Source: Patescibacteria group bacterium (GTDB lineage: Bacteria > Patescibacteriota > Gracilibacteria > BD1-5 > UBA6164). Taken from it: DNA of 48,696 nt. The stretch covers positions 1-48,696 of the forward strand of contig JAVHPF010000029.1 in the NCBI GenBank assembly GCA_036170435.1, given 5' to 3'. The translations under genes and the position numbers were made by a program. Below, one piece after another: positions 31,680 through 43,710 of the stretch (its first letter is position 1; every line of letters begins with the position of its first letter). The notes beneath the pieces were generated by a model. The model saw only the letters and a list, made by a program, of their open reading frames with translations. It was not told the DNA's origin and did not search any database.

Positions 31680-32469
31680 TTTCAAAATTACTCTCTTCCC
31701 CACTTTTCAAAATCATAGGATTATCAAGCAAGGCTTGTTCATCTCAATAAACTGGTTCGATACAGATAAAATCTTTCCCTATTTCTGACCGGATCCAAAG
31801 CTTCTTATATGAAGAATCATAGTTTAATTCCATAGTTTTTCAGTCTGGAAAAACTATTTTTATATTTCCTGGATTATCTAGATAAACAGTTTCTCAGTTT
31901 ACAAAACTATAGTCATCTAGAATTTTTTCTCATAAATATATTTTTAAATTCTCTTTATCTTCATTTTTCACGAAATAATATGGATGTAATCCTATTCGCG
32001 ATGGTAAATCTTGATTTCAAGTATTTATAATTTTTTGAATAATTTTAACTACTTTTGAAGCGATATCTTTTTGAGGAACGATATCCTTTTTAGGAACGAT
32101 GCAATCGTTCCCTACGGAGATTTCTCGTATCATTTCAATTCTGAAATCAAAAGGAAAAATTTCTTTTGACTCTCTATCTGATTCTAAATACATTTTTAAA
32201 CTAGTACCCGTTATTTTCTCATATTGCCAAGGCTTATTTCTAGCAAATCAATGTTGAGATAGATTATAAAGAGAGTTTTCTCTAAGTGGTCAAGCATTTG
32301 GAAACATAACAGGAATCCCTCCTCTTACGTTTTTTTCCAAATTATGAAGTGTTTCCTCATTTAGGAAAAGTATCTCTTCAGAAGCTAATTTAATAGATGT
32401 AATTAATCATCATCTTTCTGGGATACAAGATATAGAAGTAGTGTTTTGTGAGATTGTATGTATTTGCAT
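31660..32469 (-). CDS. aldose 1-epimerase (galactose-mutarotase-like) family protein (269 aa)
   Basis: VRGGIPVMFPNAGPL...QHGFARNKPW...GLHPYF...CIEPV. ATG 32469, TAA 31660-31662, ends checked. Contains an in-frame 18-nt tandem repeat at 32057-32119. Confidence 0.7.
32057..32119. repeat. in-frame 18-nt tandem repeat (~3 units) plus 19-nt palindrome inside the epimerase gene
   Basis: gaagcgatatctttttgag / gaacgatatcctttttag / gaacgatgcaatcgttcc. The last unit is the perfect hairpin ggaacgat-gca-atcgttcc. Translated NDCIVPKK-DIVPQK-DIASKV. Confidence 0.8.
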
Positions 32470-32472
32470 AAA
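32432..32472. repeat. 41-bp direct repeat A (second copy 33779-33819)
   Basis: atagaagtagtgttttgtgagattgtatgtatttgcataaa versus atagaagtagtattttgtgagattgtgttgatttgcataaa, 37/41 identical. Copy A holds the real epimerase start; copy A' encodes a 13-codon remnant MQINTISQNTTSI*. Confidence 0.85.
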
Positions 32473-32524
32473 AAAGTTTAGTTAATTAATACTATTATAG
32501 TTTTAATAATAAGTTTGATTTTAT

Positions 32525-32542
32525 CAAGTTTTTTGCTATAAA
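32525..32542. repeat. 18-bp direct repeat B (second copy 33756-33773)
   Basis: caagttttttgctataaa is identical at both sites. The second copy overlaps the 3' arm and T-run of the fic terminator. Confidence 0.8.
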
Positions 32543-32563
32543 TAGGAGAGTTATAAATAAAAA

Positions 32564-33637
32564 ATGACAATTAATAAAAGTATGAAAAAATTACCTCTAA
32601 ATCATAATTTTTTGAAGCCTGAAATAATTAAGAAATTAATACGAGCACATAAAGCCCTTGCCGAACTTAATTGATTATCTCATAAAATTCCAAATCAAAA
32701 TATTTTGATAAATTCTCTTTCTTTACAAGAAGCAAAAGACAGTAGTGAAATAGAGAATATAATAACAACTCATGATGAACTTTATAAGTCCCAAATTGAT
32801 AAAAGTTTTCTATCAACTCAAACAAAAGAAGTTGCAAATTATAAAGAAGCTTTACTTTTGGGTTTTGATATAGTCAAAAAAAATAAACTGCTTTTAAATA
32901 GAGATATTTTAGAAATTCAAGAAATTTTAGAAAAAAATGATGCAGGATTTAGAACTCAAATTTGAACAAAACTAAAAAATGATCAAACTGGAGAAACTAT
33001 ATATACTCCGCCTCAAAATATAGAAGAAATAAAAGATTTAATGACTAATTTAGAAAAATATATAAATGAAGATTTAGAAGATATTGATCCACTTATTAAA
33101 ATGGCAATAATTCACCATCAATTTGAATCAATTCACCCATTTTATGACTGAAATTGAAGAACTTGAAGAATTATAAATATTTTATATTTAGTGAAAAATG
33201 ATTTACTTAATATGCCGATTTTATATCTTAGTAATTATATTATTAAACATAAATCAGATTATTATAGATTATTACAAGAAGTAAGAGAAAAATGAAATTG
33301 GGATGAATGGATTTTGTATATGCTTGATGCAATAGAAAAAACTTCACTTGATACTATGGAGATGATAAAATCTATTTGGGATTTGATGTGAAAAACAAAA
33401 AAATCCATGAAAGAAAAGATTCCAAAAACATATTCTAAAGATTTACTTGAAATAATTTTTTCCCATCCATATACAAAAATAGATTTTTTAGTTGCTGGAA
33501 TGTGAATTACTAGGAAGACTTCAGCAAAATATTTACAAGAAATGGTAGATAATTGATATATGATAGTAATTCAAATATGAAAACATAAATATTTTGTAAA
33601 TATAGAATTATTTGAAAGATTAAAAAAATGATTATAA
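32564..33637 (+). CDS. fic: class II Fic-family AMP-transferase with Fic_N region and C-terminal wHTH-like tail (357 aa)
   Basis: Fic motif HPFYDGNGRTGR at 33134-33169, with all three Gly encoded by TGA. N-terminal inhibitory motif SSEIEN, i.e. (S/T)xxxE(G/N). In frame with track ORF 32705-32965. TAA 33635-33637. Confidence 0.9.
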
Positions 33638-33713
33638 AAAATTCCCATGAAAAATAGTTCATGAGTAAAAAAATCTAAAAATTACCCATGAAAAATAACT
33701 CATGAGTAAAAAA
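33636..33713. repeat. two tandem ~41-nt units with internal palindromes downstream of fic
   Basis: aaaaattcccatgaaaaatagttcatgagtaaaaaaa / aaaaattacccatgaaaaataactcatgagtaaaaaa. The second unit contains the 10-nt palindrome actcatgagt. Confidence 0.75.
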
Positions 33714-33765
33714 CTTGAAAAATATAACATTACCCAATAGTAATGTTATATTTTTCAAGTTTTTT
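33714..33765 (+). terminator. fic terminator, 20-bp perfect hairpin plus T-run
   Basis: cttgaaaaatataacattac / gtaatgttatatttttcaag, loop ccaata, then tttttt. Confidence 0.8.
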
Positions 33766-33821
33766 GCTATAAAATTATATAGAAGTAGTATTTTGTGAGA
33801 TTGTGTTGATTTGCATAAATA

Positions 33822-34547
33822 TTATTTAAAAAGTCTCCGTTTGAATAAAGTTAAAATTGCTTTAACTCAGTCTTTCCAATTTATTTTCTTACCTTCTTTG
33901 AAATTACGAGCAGTATAATTTATAGGTTCTTCTCAATATTTAAATCATTTTTTTAAAAGTAAAACTGTTATTGCAGGTTCCCATTCAAATCAATTTTCTT
34001 TTGGTAAAATAAGTAAATCTCTTAATTCTTTTTTATATAATTTATAGCAAGTTGGTTCATCTGTAACTTTCGTAAAAGTCAAAATTGAAGTCAAAATTGA
34101 AACAACAAGTCATCAAAATAAAAAAGTTTTTGTTGAATATGTGTTTTTAAATTCATCTAATCCTAATATTCTAGAACCATATAAAAAATCTAATTGTCTA
34201 GATTCTATTTTTTCTAGTAAATTTTTATAATCTGATGGAGTATATTCATTATCTGCATCCTGAATAATAAAATAATCTCAAGTTGCTTTTTTAAATCATT
34301 CTTTACAAGCATATCATTTTCAATAATTTCTTCAGTATTCGATATAATTAAACTCTGCCTTTTCTGAATTATTTTTGATATAATCAAGTATAATTTTCTC
34401 ACTATTATCAGAGCTTCAATCATTTACTAAAATAATTTCTTTAGTAAAATTTAAAGACAATAAATCAACAGAAAGAACTTTATCCAAAGTTCCTTCTATT
34501 GTTTTTTCTTCATTCAAAAATGGTATTATTATTGATAGTTTTTTCAT
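33822..34547 (-). CDS. GT2-family glycosyltransferase (241 aa), last gene of the glycan operon
   Basis: MKKLSIIIPFLNEEKTI...ILVNDGSSDNS...YFIIQDADNEY. ATG 34547, TAA 33822-33824, ends checked. Confidence 0.8.
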
Positions 34548-34550
34548 TTT

Positions 34551-34922
34551 TTATTTAAAGTTAAATTTATGATTCATAAAGAAATTCCAAGCAAAAATAA
34601 TGATTTTATTAAAAATTGCAACTCGCATATAATTAAATCAAAATTTATCTACCAAAATCCAAAGAAGTAGTAAATTAACTACAAGTCATACAAGTTGGAA
34701 AATAAGAAATAGAAATCATTGGACAATATGTTTTCTTTTTTTGCATCAAAATGTTATATATTTCTGAAAGAAAAATCACACAAAAAAGGCTATACAAAAA
34801 GATAATATAGCCGAATAGATATAATAAATTCAAGCTATATCTGTAAAAATCCAAAGGAAGAATAAATCTGTAACTGCTCATATTCACCCTCAAATTCAAT
34901 ATTTTAATATTTTTTTAATCAT
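34551..34922 (-). CDS. GtrA-family membrane protein (123 aa)
   Basis: MIKKILKYGIGGGIGAVTDLFFLWIFTD...SAILSFCIAFFVGFFFQKYITF...IIFAWNFFMNHKFNF. All codons checked. The track ORF 34675-34899 is in a different frame. Confidence 0.8.
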
Positions 34923-35526
34923 TTTTTTTAGCTATTACTATATTATTCATAAATAATTGAAAATATTTATGTTTTATATTTTCCTTTTTAAATCATGTTT
35001 TTGTTAAGATATCTATAAGTAAATCTTTATTATAATATTTTTTATGATCTAGTATTTCTTCTTTACTTATTATTCATAAATTTAGGGCCATAAATTCTAA
35101 AACTGGTTTTGAGTATACAGATGGAACTGTCATAAGTAAAACTCAATCTTTTTTTAGTATTCTAAATATATTAGCTAAATATTTTTCTGGTTCCTCTAAA
35201 TGTTCTAAAATAGCCATAGAAATAACAATATCTGCCGATGTATCATCTAAATTTATTTCTTTATTTAAATTAGATTCTATAGTTTCTATTCAATATTTTG
35301 CTAACTCTGGATTTAGTTTCAAATCAACAGCTATTAATTTTTTAGCTGAAAAATGTTTTGAAATCATGTTTAAAAAAACTGCATTAAATCAGCATCAAGT
35401 ATCAACAACAACTTTATTATCAAAATCTAAAATTTTCTTAATTTTATTTATTCTCATATTTTGAATAAAAAAATCTAGAAAACTTATTTTATTTTTTCAA
35501 AAAGAATTATCTCTTGTCTCAGTCAT
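34915..35526 (-). CDS. class I SAM-dependent methyltransferase (203 aa)
   Basis: VVDTGCGFNAVFLN (motif I, Gly as TGA), ADIVISMAILEHLEEPEKYLANIFRILKKDGVLLMTVP. Overlaps the GtrA start by 8 nt (ATGATTAA). Confidence 0.75.
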
Positions 35527-36940
35527 AATTAAAAAATATAGAAAAATAAGATACTAAAATAATAAATCACATAGTAAAAACTCTATTTACGGTAGTTTGA
35601 TCCATAACAAATTGAAAATTTGCAGTAAGAAGAAAAACTAAAAGAAGAATAATAAATATAAATATTCCTGATAATAAGATAAATAAATTATTTTTATTCT
35701 TAGTATTTATAGAAAAAAATAACAAAATAACAAATAATAATATCAAATTGTAATTATCTTGATTTATAAATATATTTTTTATGACTGGTAATATTTCAGT
35801 ATGTATTTTTGAAATTCCTAATTCTCCATCTTTTGTTGCTGGGTTCAATCAAAGTCAATGATATATTCTAATAAATAAAAATGGTACGAAAGTATAAAAT
35901 ATTAAGAATAAAATTCTATAAATATTTTCTTTTTTAATTAAATTTTTAAATATTAACCCAAATTCTTTTTTCAAAAATAAAACGAGAATAAATGCAAAAA
36001 ATATTCATGGCAAATAAACTGTAAGTCAATCATTTTTTATATTTGCTAATGTAAATCAAAATAAAGTTCCTAAAAGTAAGAAATCAAAATCTTTTTCTTC
36101 AAGAAATCTATAAATTGCATAAATAGTTATCACAGTATAAGTAGCTGAAGTTAATTCTAAATAGCCCTCTAAAGTATGAAAATATACAAGCGGTAATCAA
36201 GTTATAAGTACAGCGGGAATAATTGCATAAAAAATATTTTTCGTCTGCTTAAATGAGATAAAAATAGTAAATAATATCAAAAACAAAAATACTAAATATT
36301 GAAAAATATTTGAATAAATATCATTCCAATATCAAACAAAATCAGTAATTACAGCTTTATAAATTGGTACATAAATAGGATAACCTAATCTTCCATGTCA
36401 TAAAATCTCTGTTTTATCTCAAAATAATTTAAATCATCAATCATAAAATATATTTTGAGATGGGGTGTTCCAGTTACCAAAACTATCGTCAAAATAATTT
36501 GGAAATGATAATGTATGAGCTCGTGATAGAGATACAAAAAATACTAAAAATGTTGTTCAAATACTAAAAAATATCTTTTCTACTCTTGAAAGTTTTAGGA
36601 ATTTTTCTTTCACAAATCAAAATGAAAAACTTAATTTCAAAGAATTTATATAATCTTTAAAATTTTCTCATTTCATTTTCAATCTGATAAAAAATCAAAT
36701 AAGCAAAAGTAAAAGTAAGAAGAAATATTCTAGTTTTCAAACTCAAAAATGCAAAAATTGAAAATTAAATATAGAGAAAAAAATTACTCAAATTCATGAA
36801 AACCAAGAAAAAACATATAATAAAAATCAATTAAATTTATTTCAAAAGAATATCCACAAAAATAGTATTCAAGCCAAAAATGGAAGAACTAAATTCAAAA
36901 ATATATGGTATAGTGCAAGTCAAAATGATATTTCAAACAT
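35507..36940 (-). CDS. polytopic membrane protein, putative GT-C (ArnT/PMT-like) glycosyltransferase (477 aa)
   Basis: More than 10 hydrophobic segments. First-loop motif YFDDSFGNWN. Reads through the TGA that ends track ORF 35567-35848. TAA 35507-35509 overlaps the next gene start by 20 nt. Confidence 0.5.
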
Positions 36941-36943
36941 ATT

Positions 36944-37942
36944 TTATTTTTTTAGGAGATAATTTTGATTTTGTTCATATAGAACTTTTTTGTTCTTCAA
37001 TTCTACTGGAATATCTTGTTTAAATAACAATATGAAATTTGCATCTTTAATATCATCAGTTTTTTTACAAGGTGACATAAAATCAGCTCTCCAATAATAA
37101 CAATAAGGCCAATCTGAAACACATTTAGCATAATATTTACAAGAATTTTGGTCTCTAGATTTATCTATTCCCATTATTTTTCTAGACTTATCTGTAAACT
37201 CATAATAATCATACATATTATAGAAATTTTTAGATCAATCTTTTGCTTCATAATAATCCTTTACTCATCCAAAATATATATTTGAATAATCATATAGATT
37301 TTTGAATGATATTACTAGGAAAAATGAAAGAGCTATATACAAACTAGTTTTTTTGTTCAATCTTCATAATACAAGAAAAATAAGTATCGTTAGTATAAAC
37401 AAAATATAAAATATTTTTACAACTGAAGTTCAAAGAATCATTGTCCCATATCTCAAATTTATACTATATGGTTTTATTCATTCAACAGTCATAAAATCAG
37501 TTCAAATTTGTTTGATTTTTTCTCAGAAAGTCTTTTTTGATAAAGTTAAATTATCTAAACTTCCTTGTATTTGTCATTCAAAAATCAAGACAACTTTAGC
37601 ATCTGATGGTAATTGAGATAAAAAAGTTAATTTATTGAAGTCAAATACTGTACTAATATCAGTTTGTGTTAATTGCATTCATTCTCATTGAGCAAATTGT
37701 TGTCAAAACAAAAATCAATATCAAAATCATCATTTTCAATTTAATTTTCAAGATAGATTGATTTTATCATTTGAAGATAAATCTCCTAGCAAAACTATAC
37801 AAGCTTTTTCACAAGAAAAAACAATTTTTCAATTTGCTTCTTTAAATGATGTAAATCATTGAGTTTCAAAATTAGCACTTGAAAAACTAGGATAAAATCC
37901 CAAAAAGATTAGAAGTGTTAAAAGTAGTTTTTTGTATGACAT
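36944..37942 (-). CDS. secreted/membrane protein with Cys-rich C-terminal domain, unknown function (332 aa)
   Basis: Signal peptide MSYKKLLLTLLIFLGFYPSFSSA, mid-protein TM helix, C-terminal CKYYAKCVSDWPYCYYWRADFMSPC. All codons checked. Extends track ORF 36944-37216 through TGA codons. Confidence 0.6.
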
Positions 37943-37988
37943 AAAAAAATAGTTTAATTATATATTTTATTTGATAAAATAATCAAAT

Positions 37989-38657
37989 TTAGATAAAGTT
38001 TTTAGCATTTTCTCATTCATTTAAGAGTAAATCAATAATACTCATATAAGCTATAAACTCTCACCATAATTGAGTATAAACTGGATGGTGATAATCTTGA
38101 TAATGTAATTTTATTAAAGCATTGCTAAATTTATTTTCTTCTATATAACTTTTTCATCCAGCTCATGAAATATATTCATCAGCTCAAACTAAATTGCAAA
38201 TATCAACTAAAGCATCTGTACTTTTTGAATAAATTTTTTCTATAATATCTGATAAAACTACAAATCTTGTTTTAATTCATAGTATTTCTGATATTTTTTT
38301 TATTGTATTTATATTAAATTCAGAAATATTATCTCAATCATAACTATAAATTTCTCTTATTTTATCAATATATTCATTATAATATTTAGCTTTTTTATAA
38401 TTTCGTTCAATACTTCGTAAATGTTTTTTTAAAATTTTATTATCAAATTTAACATCTTTAATTTCTTGTCAAAGACTAACTGAAACAGGTAAACTAAGTA
38501 AAATTTCTCAATTTGATCATTTTATCTTATTTCTATTATGATAATCTCATTTTGTATATTGTGCAATATCGTAAAAAACAAATATATCTGATTCTTTTAT
38601 TTTATTAAATAATCATAAATAAGGTATATAGTTTGGTTGGTGTATAGAACAAATCAT
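37989..38657 (-). CDS. WbqC-family protein (222 aa)
   Basis: MICSIHQPNYIPYLGLFNKIKESDIFVFYDIAQYTKGDYHNRNKIK is the family N-terminal signature. TAA 37989-37991. Confidence 0.75.
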
Positions 38658-38661
38658 AGTT

Positions 38662-39267
38662 TTATTTTATAGATCTAAAAAGTTCAAAAGCTTCAAAAAA
38701 TTTATCATTTTTAAGTACATCAAAAGCTCTATATTCTGCTAATCATTTAACTGCTCTATCAGCCATATATACTTTTTCTCATTGAGAAGTATGAATTCTA
38801 ACTGCTTCTAATTTAGTTTTTATAAAATCACTTATATCAACATACACATTTGGTTTAAAATCTATAGTAGTACTTGGAGCTTGATAAATATAAATTTCAT
38901 CAACCATTCTACAAGCCACAATAGAAGCTAGATGAACTGCTCTATGATCTTGATGAGTATCCTGTTTAGAAGGAATAAATACAATATCAGGTTTAATTTG
39001 ATTTATATATTTTTCTATAATTTTTATTGTGTCAACTCATTCTGAAATATATCTATCTTTTAGATTTTCAATAAATAGATTACATTTTAATAGTGCTGCA
39101 CTTTCATTAGCTTCACTAATTCTATTTCATAATTCTGTTCATCATTCTCATTGAGTTAGAACAAGAAAATTAACATTATTTCATTCAGAAGCATATCTAC
39201 ACATAGAACCAAAACATCCAAGTTCTATATCATCAGGATGTGGTCAAATCGCTAGTATTGTTTTCAT
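38662..39267 (-). CDS. PIG-L/LmbE-family deacetylase (201 aa)
   Basis: ILAIGPHPDDIELGCFGSM ... PSKQDTHQDHRAV. TAA 38662-38664. Confidence 0.8.
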
Positions 39268-39269
39268 AA

Positions 39270-40844
39270 TTAAATATTTTTATAAAAAATAAGCATTTCC
39301 TTGTTATCTAATATATATTCATTTAAAGATTCTATTTTATTTTTTCTATTAAGAAAATCTTTAATATATTCTTCATCTTTAACTTCAGTATATCAATTTT
39401 TTAAATAATATCAATCTACTCATAAATTACTATGGGTAACTAATTCTAAAACTTCAACTCCTGAATTATACTTTAAGTTATCAGAAAAATAATTTATTAA
39501 TTTATTTCATAATCAAATTCATTGATAATCTTTAGATATAGCAAACCTATTTATATATCAATATTTTCAATCCGAATATCCTATAATAAATCAGATTACT
39601 TTATCTTCTTTTAATAATAAATAGCTACAAGAAAACTTATTTTTAAATTTATATAAAAATTCTTTTTCTCACCGCATTCATACATCTAAAAAATTTTCTT
39701 TTTCAATTATTTCTAAATCATCTAATTGTTTCTTTGTTATTTTTTTGGAAAAACAAACAATTTTTATATCATTTTTGATTATACTAATATCATTTTTTAA
39801 TTGTTTAGCAATATTTTCAGGACTGTGATTTTTAAGAACAATTTCCATATTTTTTGAAACAAAATCATTATATTTATTTTTATCACTTAATATAGAAAAA
39901 GTTATACTTTCTAAATTTTTTAAATCTGTTTTTATTTCATATTTATCATAAGAAATAATAGCAGTTCAACAAGCTGTTGCTTCTAATTCAACCAAACTCA
40001 TCATTCAAAGAGTTTCATGAAAATGTCAAAGTACTATATCTGATCATCTATACATTTCTGAAAGTTCTTGAGCTGTTTTAAAATTATGCCAAATATATGT
40101 TTCTGAATCAGTTAATTTTTTTTCATAATATGAAGCTAATGGATCTCATCAATTTGGATATTTTATAAGATGTAGAGTTGCTTCCGGATATTTAGATTTT
40201 ATTTTTTTAAATAAATCTATTCAAAATTTTGGATTTTTAAAACTATGTAATCTAGTTGGATAAAATATAACAGGATCTCATTTTAAATCAGTACTTTTTC
40301 AAATAGGATTAAATAGTTGTATATTTATAGCATTTGGTAACCATTTGGCATCTAATCTGATTTTTTTAGCAAATTCCAACATATTAGGAGTTGAAACATA
40401 ATAAATATCAAATTTTTTTATATTATATCTAATCAATCTTCATAATAAAAATTCTACAATACTTGCTATTACTTTTTTTATGCCTGCAAAATGTTTTAAT
40501 GTATCTTGAAAATTTAATCAAAAATGAAATCAATGACTTTCTCATATCAATACTTGGTTTTTATATTTTTTTGCATTCAAAAAATTTTCCCATGTATTTA
40601 TTTGAATAATTTTATATTTTCTTAAATCTCATTTATTTTTTTTAATAAGAAAAAATAAAAAATTAGTTACTATATCTAATCTATGAGAACAAGGGAAAAA
40701 ATAAATCATTTTATAATTTAGTAAATTCTCAATATTTTTTAAAATAGAAACAAATCAATTAACTAAAAATAAATTATTTCACTTATTTTCATCATTTATT
40801 ACATTATTCCTAAAATAATTATAATTCTCTTTTAATATTTTCAT
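39270..40844 (-). CDS. GT4 glycosyltransferase fused to a C-terminal GNAT acetyltransferase domain (524 aa)
   Basis: GT-B C-terminal signature HETLGMMSLVELEATACGTAIISYD. After about residue 380, a GNAT motif A (NRFAISKDYQGIGLGNKLINYF). TAA 39270-39272. Confidence 0.7.
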
Positions 40845-40886
40845 TTATTATTTTTAAGTTAAATATTTTATAAAAAATCACACATT

Positions 40887-41948
40887 TTAAATAACAAAAT
40901 TTTCTTGCATTTTTTTAATAAGAAAATCATAATTTAATTTTTCATCAATATATTTTCTTCACTCTCTGATGTATTCTTCTTTTTCTTCTGGATGTTCTAT
41001 ATACCAAATAATATTCTCTGCTAATTTTTTATAATTACCTACTTCATGTAATAAAGTCTTACCATTTAATACCTCTCACCTAAATGATGAAATATCTGGT
41101 AAACATACAGCATTTCAAAGTAAAATTGCATCATAAACAGCTAAACATTGTCATTCTTGCAAAGAACTATTTATATAAATTGAAGTTGGTAATTTTAAGG
41201 TTTTTAAATTATTTCTAGGTCAATACATTATAAAATTATCATAAATTCATAAATCTTTTAATTCTTCTTCAAAAGTCATTCATCTACTACTAATAAATTC
41301 ATCAATTTTTCATACTTGATGAATTTTTATATTTGGATATTTTTTAATTGTAATTTTCAAAGCATTCAACATTATCTCTGGTCATTTTTTAGGCAAAACA
41401 TGTCAAAGCATTAAAATATCATTTCATTTTGGAATATTTTCTACAAAATTTTTCTTTGAAACAACTAATGGAACAACAATTCATTTATTCTTAAAACCTT
41501 CTTTTTCAAGCCAATTTTTATCATGTTCATTTATAACACGAATTTTTGTAAAAAATGGATAAAATAATTTAACTATAAATCTTTTTATTTTATAATGAGA
41601 TGAATACTCTGTAGCAAATACTGATTCATGTCAAAAAAATATAGTTTTTTTTGTAATAAATCACATTAATAAAGATGGAATAATAAATGTATTAACATAA
41701 ACTATTGCATCTTTTGAGTTTTTCCACATGTATACTAAGGCTTGAAAAATTCATTCAACGTAAGTTACTTTGAATCTAGGATCAAAATTTGGATCATCCT
41801 CTATTTTTAATTCTTTTCAATAAGATACAATTTCAACTTCATACCCTAATTCTTGCATAGCCCGACAAGGCATAAAATGATAATGAGACTCCTTTTCTAA
41901 AAGAAATAATGTTGGGTGATATTGTACAAAATATATAAACTTTTTCAT
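40887..41948 (-). CDS. GT4-family glycosyltransferase (353 aa)
   Basis: ...INSSLQEGQCLAVYDAILLGNAVCLPDISSFRGEVLNGKTLL. ATG 41948, TAA 40887-40889. Confidence 0.7.
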
Positions 41949-41957
41949 AAAAAATAA

Positions 41958-42743
41958 TTAGAAACTAAAATCAATATTTTTTCTTACTAGCAAATAGTTA
42001 GTGAAAATAAATATTTCACAATCTATATGAGAATAATTTTTAATTTCATAAATTCAATTATTAAGTATTCTATAAAATTTATATTTTCAACTTAATAATA
42101 ACCAAAAATCATAAAAAAATACTTTATTAAATACATTTGTCTTATAAAATTCAAATTGAATTACATCAATTTTATTTGAATTTAATAAAGTCTCAGCTCA
42201 TTTTAGAACATTATATTCATATCATTCAACATCAATTTTTAAAAAATTTATATTATCAATTTTATTTTCTATACAATATTTATCAAGAGTTGAAATTTTA
42301 ATTTCTTCAACATTAGAATGATCATTTTCATCATTACTAAGAACTATACTAGCTGTTCAATCTAAATCATTATCAAAGAAAATTTTTTCAATAGATTCTT
42401 TATTTCCTAATCAGAAATTATTTAGTTTTATATTTGGTAAATTTCCAGTATTTTTTAATCAGTATTCATAAGTTTTTTTAACTGGTTCAAATCAATGTAT
42501 ATTTACTCTAGATCAAAAAAAATCAAATACAGTTTTTGAATAGTCTCAAGTATTAAATCAAACATCAAAAAATAAAAAATTTCATTTATAATATTTTGAT
42601 AGTTTATTAATAACATTTTTTTCTCAATTATTTCGATATCAAAATCACATCAAAGCCAAAGATAATTTATGCATAAATAACCATATTGGATAAAGAGATT
42701 TATTAGATAGAAAAGATAAGATTTTTAAAGTGATTTGGTACAT
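41958..42743 (-). CDS. FkbM-family methyltransferase (261 aa)
   Basis: FFDVGFNTGDYS...HGFEPVKKTYE...ISTLDKYCIENKIDNINFLKIDVEGYEYNVLKGAE...IDVIQFEF. Confidence 0.75.
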
Positions 42744-42802
42744 AAATTGTGTTTATTAATAATTAAATTATAGTCTATGTTTTAATCTTTAAATATTTTT
42801 TA

Positions 42803-43705
42803 TTAAAGTTCAAACTTACTTTTATTAAATAGCATACTAAATGAATCTCCTAAATTTTTCCTTATTAATAAATAACTTATAGATGAATATTCAATAGCTA
42901 AATTTTTATTCATAATATTATCAAATGCTATTTTTTCATATGTATAAGGAGTAAAAAATATTTTATTTAAAAAGAGTCAAAATATATAAATAAAATAACC
43001 TGAATACTTACTAATAAAAATAATATTTTTATTTTCAATATACATAAATATATTATATAGATTGCTAAATAATGAGGAAATAATCTTTAAAAATCATTTT
43101 AATTCTTTTCATTTAAAAATATTTTGAAAATCATCAAATATTAAAGAAAATTCATTCATAGTTTTTTTATTTCAAAATACAAAGAAATCTCCAATTGGTA
43201 TTATCTCTTGCATTCATTTATTTATAATCAATTTTCAATTATTAATAACTTTATCTATTAAAATAAAGTCTAGTTTATTTATAAATAATAAATCAAATCT
43301 TAATTTAATAACTATATCATAATCTATATTATTTTCTAAAGCATATAAATTTTTAATTTCATTTGAAATTTTTATTTTATAAACTTGTTGTAAAAAATTT
43401 GGTATTGTAGTTTTTGTTAATCTATGAAAAAAATACTTTTTATTGAAACTCTCCTTTATAAAATCTCAATATTTTTCGTCTATTATTTTTTGAACTTCCA
43501 TACTCTTTATTTTCTCAACTTTAGTTGGATTCATAACATATATTTTTTCTAAATCTTCATCATCTTCAACTGCACAAAATATATCATATTCAAATCATTG
43601 CTCTTTTGCAGCATCAAATAAATTAACTTTAAAAAATGGATATGTAGTATCAAAAGTACGAGCTTGTCCAGAAAAACAAAATGCTATTCTTGGTTTATTT
43701 TCCAT
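42803..43705 (-). CDS. hypothetical protein in the glycan operon (300 aa)
   Basis: ATG 43705, TAA 42803-42805 followed by a second in-frame TAA. N-terminus RIAFCFSGQARTF suggests a Rossmann-like start. No confident family call. Confidence 0.5.
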
Positions 43706-43710
43706 AAATT

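Noticed and set aside
34675-34899. Track ORF (74 aa, MNLRVNMSSYRF...)
   Set aside because: It is out of frame with the GtrA-family reading (34551-34922), which has the family signature GIGGGIGAVTDLFFLW and was checked codon by codon.
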